A DNA stretch of 64,000 bases from Amoebophrya sp. A120 (taxonomy: Eukaryota; Protista; Dinoflagellata). How positions within the stretch are numbered: position 1 is the stretch's first letter; each line of letters starts with the position of its first letter. The stretch covers positions 328,289 through 392,288 of the forward strand of contig CAJINV010000026.1 in the NCBI GenBank assembly GCA_905178155.1. The letters are read 5' to 3'. The position numbers and the translations under genes are program-made. Below the pieces are notes generated by a model, which did not search any database, was not told where the DNA came from, and saw nothing but the letters and a program-made list of their open reading frames with translations. Below are positions 25,459-34,400 of the stretch, piece after piece.

Positions 25459-28400
25459 TCACCTCTTCCGCCCACTCGCCGCGCTCCTTCCCCCGCCGCC
25501 ACCTTTCCGGACCGTTGCCTTTGCGTTCCTGGTATCCTGTGCAAAAGTATCGCACTCGTAGTAATTATCGCATTTATGCATCACAAATCTACTTGCTATA
25601 GCAAATCCGCATTACAAATCAAATTTGTAATGCTGAGGCAATTTGTATTGCGATTTATACAACAAGCACGATGCTTTTGCAGTTCATACCTGGCCGCCTG
25701 TGTCTTCGCTTTCGCTTTGGCCGCGGCCGCCGCAGCTTTCGCCCGGGCTCTCCATCGCATAAGAAAAAGGTGTTTACAGATACACATCGTGTTGCAGGCG
25801 AAGCAAGACAGACAAGTTCTGTCATGCGGGAAATGCTTGCCAACCTCATTTCATTCGTGATTTCCCTTATTATAGTCTGCGCAACACAGGTTTTCTTTGC
25901 CATGTCGAGCAACTTTGCGATGCAGAAACTCCAACACATGTGAAACTGTAAAACACTTTTTTCCTGTGATACTTTCTGCTGCTGTGCCAGTAGCTTTGCC
26001 TGCTTCTCTCGGGCCTCCCTTTCCAAGCGGATCGCCCGGGCCTTGTTCTTTTCCCGTTTCCTCCGCTGCAGTTCCTTCTGGTACGGCCTCTTCAAGCGGA
26101 CGTAATCGACCGTGCCGCGCTTAGACAGCGTCGTTGGGAGAAGGAGCATGTTTTCGAGATGTAGATCGAACTCGGGATCTTCCGGTTCCTCTTCCACTAG
26201 CAATTGCTGTTGTGCTGCCTGCCGCTGTCTCATCACCTCCTTGGCAACAACATCTTGCGCTCCTGCTTTTCCAGTAGTTCCCAGCCCGAGAAGACCTCGC
26301 GACGTGCTGCTCTGCTGGTTCAGAATTCCAGGTTTATTCTGTCGTTGCAGATCGATTTTATGAACTGCCGAAGATGAGGATGAGGATGAAGAAGACTGGT
26401 TGACTGCAGGTCTTTGGTGAAGACCGCTACTACTTGGTGGGAGTTTATTCATATTGGAACTCGGCAAGGAACTACTTGCACTGGAGTCGTAGTTCTGCAG
26501 CCCCATAGTAGCGCTCTTTCCGCTTCTGCCGTGTAGTTCCACCCTCTTCGCAACCGTGCCAGGCGCAGCTGCCCTCTTCATGATCCCAGTGCCGTGTAGT
26601 TGAAGTTGTTTTCCTGCCGCACCGGTTCTGGCGACTTTCCCTTGTCGCGCGGGCCCACTTCCAGGCGGCAGCATCGTCTTTCTCAGGTGCTTCTGCTGCT
26701 CCACAAGTCTAGCTTGCTGTTCTCGAAGTTGTCTTGCCTGCTCCTCCTGTTCCTTCTCCGCCGCGTCTTTCGCTTCCTTTTCAGCCTTCTCCCGATAAAA
26801 CTTGTTCCGGTTGAAAATCTCGTGTAATAACTGGCTATCCAATGCAAAAATGTGTGGGTCTGGAAGGTGGTAAGTAACTTGTGATGCTGTCTTTCGATTC
26901 CAAAAAAATCTGTATTGCATGACTAGCAAAAGGACTCCAGTTTGTGCTACACGGGGAGGGCTTTTCTCATGCGGAATAAGCATCAGGAAGCCTTCTAAAA
27001 ATCTGGGATGCTAGGGCATGCATTACATGCGTCACTGGTCATGCAAAATATGCATGACAAACCTGGCAATCTTCCAGACCCAGACATTTTTGCATCTGAT
27101 ACTGGTTCTTCTTGGGCAATAGGTTCCCCAGCCGGTCCTTCGCTTCCTTTTCCAAAAGGGGCTGCACGGTGAACATCGTCATCAGCTCCGGCTTCATGTG
27201 CACTCGCACGAGTGCTTGATTCAGGGATTCTTGCTGCGGCTCGCCCAGCGCCGGCAGTGGGCCCGGAAGCTGGTGGGCCGGCATGCTCAAAGCTTCATCC
27301 AGGGTCGCGGTTCTTTTACCCCCGAGAGGGAATTTCTTGCCCGGTGGGTCCTCCGTTGCCACCGACTTCAGCCGGTTGTTTTCGATCTTCAGCTGCGTCA
27401 CCGCGTCTTTCGGCTTGGAGACAATTTTCACGTTCGGGGGCAACGACCGCGGGTTCACGCTGGTCACCGGGAAATTTTCTTCGACCCACTGCGTTTGTCT
27501 CGTCACCGCCTCGCGGATGTCGCGCTCATTTGTCTCCGCTTCACCGTTATGCAGTGCAAATATGTCTGGGTCCTCTGGAAGGTTGTAATGCGTATCTTGC
27601 ATTCCTGGAAAATCTGTGTTGCATGAGCAGCAAATAAGCAGCGTTCCTTATTATGCAATAAGGCAATTTGTATCGCGTGTCACGCAGAGGAAAGCGTTCC
27701 GAAAGGTTGTCATGCTTGGCTGCCGTTGCAAGCGTTGCAGTCATGCGCAATTCAGCATCACAGGTTTCCAGACATGCAGGGATATTTGCAATGCATAACC
27801 GTGCTGCTTTTCGAGATAGTCGTGCAGTGTCTTCTCGTAGACGAACTGCAGTTCGCCACTGAACTATGCAAGAAAAAAACTGTCACTGTGTAAGTGTAAG
27901 TCTGTGATGCAGGAAATGCTAAACTGTTACACTTGTCATGCTAGAGGTGCGTCATAGGCCACTTTCATAGGTGTTTCCACGTACTCGCTGCGCATGACAG
28001 GTTTTACCTGTAATGCAAAGCGAATTTGTGATGCTGATCTTCCTACAAAGTTACACTTACACAGTTTTTTTCCTGGATATGAACCCGGACGCGAGGGAGA
28101 TCAGGTCTCTCGCCAACTGATGCATTGCAAAAGTGCATCGCACTAGTAGAAATCGCATGACAAATTCACTCAGCATCAGAAATGGAGTTTGTCATGCTGT
28201 TTTACCTTGGGATGAAGATTTGTAATGCATGACTGCGATTTTTACTTGGACTACGATACTTTTGCACAGGATACAAGTGGGGCCGCTCGGTCTTGTCGGC
28301 GCGAACGAACTTGATTTGCATCTCCAAGACGGAGAAAAACGTGTTGTAACTGCCAGAGATCTATGCATTGCAAAAATGTCTGGGTCTGGAAGGACGCAAC

Positions 28401-31400
28401 TTGCAAAGCTCACTCTGGATCGTGCAAAAATCTGTGTTGCACAAATGCCAAAAGTTGTCCACTTTTGACCAAGTTAGTAGTAGTAGTAGCACCATTTAAC
28501 TCCTGACGGGTCGGCGTTGGAACAGATTTAGCCTCTGCCAATACCTGGGCGCCAGAACAGGTTTAGCCTCTGCCGATGCCCCTAGGTGGATACGCGATCC
28601 ACTTCCTAGCTACCACCCGGCTGCACCCGCAAAACCGCTATCGATTGCTTACGCGTAGCTACAATGAGCGGGCGCCATGTATGGCTGACCTGCCTTACCA
28701 TCCAAGCCCGCGAGCAAGGTGGAGTCCCAGCATTGCCCTGATGGGTTAGTCATACAAGCTTGCCCAAGGTCTTACTTTTGTGGCCGGTTGCGCGCTAAAA
28801 AATATACTGGGGGTCTAATGATCACGCACGATGATGCTATCGTGATGGCAGACGACCCCACGGCGTCTCCCTTTCAGACACTTTTTGCCGACCTGTTTCC
28901 CGCGCCCTTTTCTATGCGTTTCCGGAGAATCGGCCCGCGGAGCTCCGCATTTGCAGAGCCGCCACCGCGCCCGCCCCGGGGGACCCCTTGGGGAAGGGGG
29001 GCGCTGCTTTAGCGCGGTCGTTAAACTAGCAACCTCGCCGCCACTTCTTTAATCCATTCCCTTCTCTTCTTTTTCTTTTTGTACAGTTAGCAGCGCCTTG
29101 CTACATGGAGTCAGCTGGCGGGGACGGGATGAAAAGCAGCGCCGTGCCTCGGGGGCTGGCGAGAACGATACGACTAGCATCGCCGCACCCCGTAGCAGGG
29201 CTGGCGGGGACGTGTCGAGGCGAGGTTCGCGCGCTGCCATCTTGGGGAGGGCATTTGTCACGCGGAGTAGGCATCAGGAAGCCGTCCAAAAATCTGTGAT
29301 GCTAGGTCGTGCATTGCAGACATCCTGGGCCAACAAGCCCCGCCGTCGTGGTACTTGCGCCAGGCCTGCCGCCGCGTCGGCTTTCCCAGTCCGACACGCT
29401 TCCAGCTGGTTCCCGCGGACGACAACACCGCACCCGCGCCCTGCTTCCAGTAGCCCCGCACGAACTTCGTAACGCCCTCGGACTTTCTTCGCGGCCGCGG
29501 CCGCCCGGCGCAGCGCCGGCGCAAGGCGGCCCGCCAGTCGCTCGGCGAAAAAGTAGGCGCCGCGCCGCAATGGACTTCCGCCGCCCGACTCCAGCAAGCC
29601 GCTATCACCGTGATCGGCCACGATCGCCCTGAACGTCGGCCACCCGCGAAGACCCTCGGCCACGCTTCCCGAAGCTGCCCCGCCATGCTGCTGCTGGTCC
29701 TCCGGGTGTCCGGTAAGAAGCGCGGGGCCTTCTGCGAATGTCAAGGAGCCCGCGACCGCCACATCCAGCACACACCTGCGACGCAGCTCGCTGCCCGCGT
29801 CACCCGCACCGCGCAAATCGTCGAGCCACTTGACTGCCGTCGTCCGCACCAGCATGAGAGGCTTTGCCGCGTCCGTTTTCCGGGAGACCGGGCAGCGCCC
29901 GAACAAGTGGAGGCCGACGAAACCGGACACATAGAGCAACGCCGTTTGTCCCCAACGTTTTCCGAACTTCCCAGGCGCTGGCTTCCACACCTCTCCAGCA
30001 AGGTCGTGCCGCCGGGTGCTTTCCGGGTTCACCAGGTCGCGCGACGTGGCGCGAGCCCACCGCGTATCCTCCTCGAAGTTCTCGTGGTCCTCCGCGCCGG
30101 TTCTTTTCCCGCTCCCGACGGTGGCAAACTGCACGCCGTCGAGAAGTCCCGCCGTCTTCTTCTCCGGGGCCGCTTCTGACTGCGGAGGTTGCGTCTGCTG
30201 CCGGAGTAGCTGGGCATCGCGAGGGCTGACAGGGTCCCCGACCTGCCACAGGGCCAAAGAGACGAAGTGCGCAACGGTCTCGCTGTTAGGGTTGACATCG
30301 CCCCGGCCGATCATCCCACACAACGGCGCCAGCTCGCTGGTGCTTCGAACCGGCGCGAAGCCTGCCGAGCTGCTCCAGCGCCCTCTCCTGCGTGCCACTA
30401 CTGGGGGCAACTCGCGCAGCGCAAACCTGGTTCTCATTGTGGTCGGCACCTGCGAACTCCTGCAAGCTCTTGAAACTCTTCTCGCTGGTCACGTACTGCA
30501 GCAGCGACGCAACTGGACCCAGGCCCCAGCTGGCGCGGGGCTTCCACTTTCGTCGGTCGGCGCGCGCGCGTCCCGCGCCCATCTTCCTCGCGAATGTTTC
30601 GCCCGCCGCGGCCCCCCGAATCTTCGGAGGCAGGTAGAGGAACCCGAGGCCCATGCGGCTCCCCCGTATGATCTGGCCGGCCTTCAGCTTCTTCCACTGC
30701 ACTGCTTTGGCCTCTGCAGCCTTCCCGCTGAGCGTCCCGAGCCGGCAAAACAGCGGGGCCCGGCCGGTCGTAGCGTCGCACTTGTGGCCCCCGTGGTATC
30801 TTCAAGAGCCTGGCGGAGGGGCTTGAAGTCGTCCCCTGCCTGCGTCCTGCCGAGGGTGTGCGCTGCAGCATTTGCGGCCAGACAGTTCCTCCGGGATCGG
30901 CTGCCCGGCGGACTGTAGCAGACTGTAGGCGAAGATTGCGAACGCCTCCCGTTGGTTGCTGCGCCAAAGCGGCGCCCTTTGTCAACCCAAATACTACGAC
31001 TCGCTGACTGCCGGGATTCTCGGGGGGGGTCTTGAATGGTGCACGGAGTGAAGGCAAACGCATCTCATTAAGGGCCTCGGCGGTAGTGGAGCCGCTGACC
31101 GCCTTCGCGGATGAGCTGCTAGCGCCTGCAGCCGCTCCGGGGGCCCCCGCGCTTTTTCCTGCTTGCATGGCTTTGCCTATCGCCTTGCCGGATGCGTCGA
31201 CTTCCTTCCAGGCTTCGCCCGTCTTCTTCTACGAGTCCTTGCGTGCCTTCTGCGGGCAGCTTCTTGCGCCAGGCCCCCGCTTTTGGGTCGGACTTGGCCA
31301 GGGCGAGCACTGCAGCCCCCTCGGACTCCGGACCGCCGCCATCGCTTGCTGCCCACGCGTCGCTGGTCAGGATATGCCTCGAGGGAATGCAGGCGCTTCT

Positions 31401-34400
31401 TCTGGTCCGAGAGCGGGAGGCATAGGCCCCCGAGAAAGGCCGCAGCATCGAACTCCAGATGGAACGCTCGCAGAGTCGGGCGAAGTTCGCCCGCGCACCG
31501 GTCCAAAATCGGGCAGCAGCTGAGGCCGCAGAGAATGGCTGCGCTTGGCCCGAGTGGCTCGCTCTTCTGTGTGGAGTCACCCGCGCCGCCGGCTGGATCG
31601 CCACCGCCTGCGTGCGCCGCACAGGCCTCGGCCCAACTGTGTAGAGCGCTGCAGCAGCTCAGTCAGTGGCCCACGAAGCAGCCGCCGCCCGTCCTCGTCC
31701 ACGGCTGTGAAACCATCGGGCGCCTTAGCAATTGCCCGCCCGGAGTCGAGATAGGCCCACTGGGCTGCGATGTTTTCCTGCACATGACATCCAGCAGCGT
31801 TTCGGCAAAACCTTCGCGCCCTCGCTGCATCCGGGTGCGGATCCCGAGAAGTTAGGCGACAAATGCCCAGGAGGTTGTGGAGGTTCGTCACGACGCGCAC
31901 GTCGTCGCCATCTACTTTCGAGGACTTGGATGGTTTCGCTTCCCGCCTGCCTTCGCCGGCGGCGCGGAAGGATCAGCAGGCAACAAGCACCGCCGCGCAG
32001 AGTCGGGCTGCGGTTCCGGAGCAGTGCGCACATCTGAAGACGCGATCTCCGACCGATGGCTTTGCAATGGCTTCCAGCTGCATTTTCCACGATTCAATGC
32101 TGGAGATCGAAAGCGGCCACTTCTCATCCACATCGATCCTCTCGCGTTCGGGACACGGCGCAATCCGGCTGTCGGAGGTCCGGGGAGCTCTCGACCGTTC
32201 TGGCCAAGTCGGTGGCCGCGTCGACGCCCTCGTTTGTCGCTACGCGCTCTGGGTCAAGCGACGCGCTGGCGCCTGCGTGTCTTTTCTGTAATTTCAACAG
32301 TCGCCGCGCCAGCTTTCGACTACCCTCAATAAACGCTGATAGCCTGGCCACCTTCGCCAAGTTGGGAGGAGGCTTCTCATGCAGGATAGGCATGCTAGGG
32401 GTCTCACAGAATCTTTCATGCAAGGTCCTGCATATCAGACGGCACGGATCATGGAAAATCTGCATGGCAAATCTCGCAATTTCCCAGACTCAGACATTTT
32501 TGCATTTGATAAGATCGAGGAGGTCGAGAGGCTGTCGATCTTGTTTTCGTTCAGAATTTTCGACCACATCGTCAAAAGCTTGCAGTTATCCACGAGCAAA
32601 ATCTCCAGCAGTTCTATCAAAATTAAAAATCGCCCCGCGGCCCCATAACAAAATGGAAATCTCTGATGCGGGATTTGTGTACACAAATCAGCACTGTCTT
32701 GCAGTGAGGCACTGCAGGCAAAGCCTAAGTCTGCGTAGGGGTGTTGTTATTTGGTGTAGGTGCTTAGCATAGCAAAAGGAAAGGCCTGCCATGTAAGCGC
32801 AACAGCATTACAAATCGCCTGCATAACCCGGCGGATCCTTTGGGTTTGCCCTTTTGCACGAGAGACAGGATTTGTGGTCACAAATCAGCATGACAAACTT
32901 TTAGAAGAAGACCTTTTCAACAGTGTGGGGAGGTGGGGGGATTTTTCCTCGCAATAAGTTCCACCGCGACCGGGTAGTCGAGAAAGATTTTGTAATATCG
33001 CAAGAAAAAAGTGTTACAGTTACACACATAGTCTATGCAAGCCCAGCATGACAGACAACCTCGGTCATGCCGGATAAGCATAGGAGCCTTGTTTCATACG
33101 TGTTTTCCCGTAGGGTTTCTGCGGTGCAAATTTTCTCTCTCATGCAGGGAAATCTGTGTTGCTGCATTGACAACAGATGTGTAACTGTAAACACTTTTTT
33201 CGTGGGATATGTAAGTCGGGTTTCGGAAGTACAGGAGATACCGCAGAAACCAGCGGAAATCCGGATCGTCGACGTGTTTTTTTACCACGTGCTGCAGATA
33301 CCGGGTATGCATTGCAAATATGTGTGGGTCTGGAAGGATGCGAGGCTTTTCATGCACATTTTGCATGACCCATGATGTCTGTGATGCATGCCCCAGCATC
33401 ACAGATTTTATTTTACGGGCGTCTTCATGCCTATTCCGCATGAGAAAGAACGTCGTCTCCACGTAGCCAAAACTGGGCTCCTCTTCTTGCAGCTCATGCA
33501 ATACAGATTTTTTTAGAGTCCAGAGGTGGCATTACAAGTTGCACTCTTCCAGACCCAGACCACATATTTGCATTCGATACCGGGGGTTCAGCAGCGATTG
33601 CAGGAACTGGCTCTCCCACGTGAACCGCTGCACATTGCTGTACGGAAGTTTAGCAGCCTGGAGCGCTTTTTCGGCGCGGGTGGCTTGATACTGTTCCTTT
33701 TTCTCTTTCTCCCGTTCGTCGTGCCGTTTTCTTTTGAAGGAAGGCGGCGAAGCACAAAAACTGCTCGCCTCGAGGGTCGTGTCCTGTTGCGCCGGCGTCG
33801 TGGTGTCTACAACTTCCTGGGCGGAAGTCTTTACATCTCTTTCAACGTCATCTTCTTTCTTGCAATACAGCTGTCTCACATTTTTGTCGTAGATCCCGGC
33901 CACCTCCTCGAGCATGCAGTCCTGGATGCGCTTCGCCCCTTTCGCCAAGGTCTCCAGCTGCTTCTCCTGCTTTTCCAAAACGTACGCGAACCGCAGATAT
34001 CAAATGCAAACATGTCTGGGGCTGGATAGCGAATTTGTGTTGCTGAGTCTTGCGTGACAAACTGCGAGCTCTGGCGCGTTTTGCATGACAAACTACCTTG
34101 TTTCAGCACGACAAAATAGCTAGCCAATCCTCCTCATGCATCACAGATCTTTTTGTCCTGCAAATTTCGCATCACAAATCCAGACTAAGACATATTTGCA
34201 ATGCATAGCAGAAACCGGTTGCGGAAATACCGGTTATCTTCCAGCCGGATATCCAAGGAAGAAAGTGTACATAGTGGAAAAAGTCTGTCATGCAGACGAG
34301 GATGCAAACACAGAGTTGCGCTTGTCATGCTGGCGAGCTAACATGAAGTCCTCTTTTCAAGAACATAAGTATGTGTTTAGTTTTCACATGCTGCCTGCGC

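Noticed and set aside
28362-32511. The 4.15-kb TIR element as the autonomous, transposase-encoding parent of the introners
   Set aside because: The interior has its own 7-bp TSD, a 3' microsatellite tail and RT/REL-like motifs, so it is a nested retroelement; no DDE transposase is recognisable.
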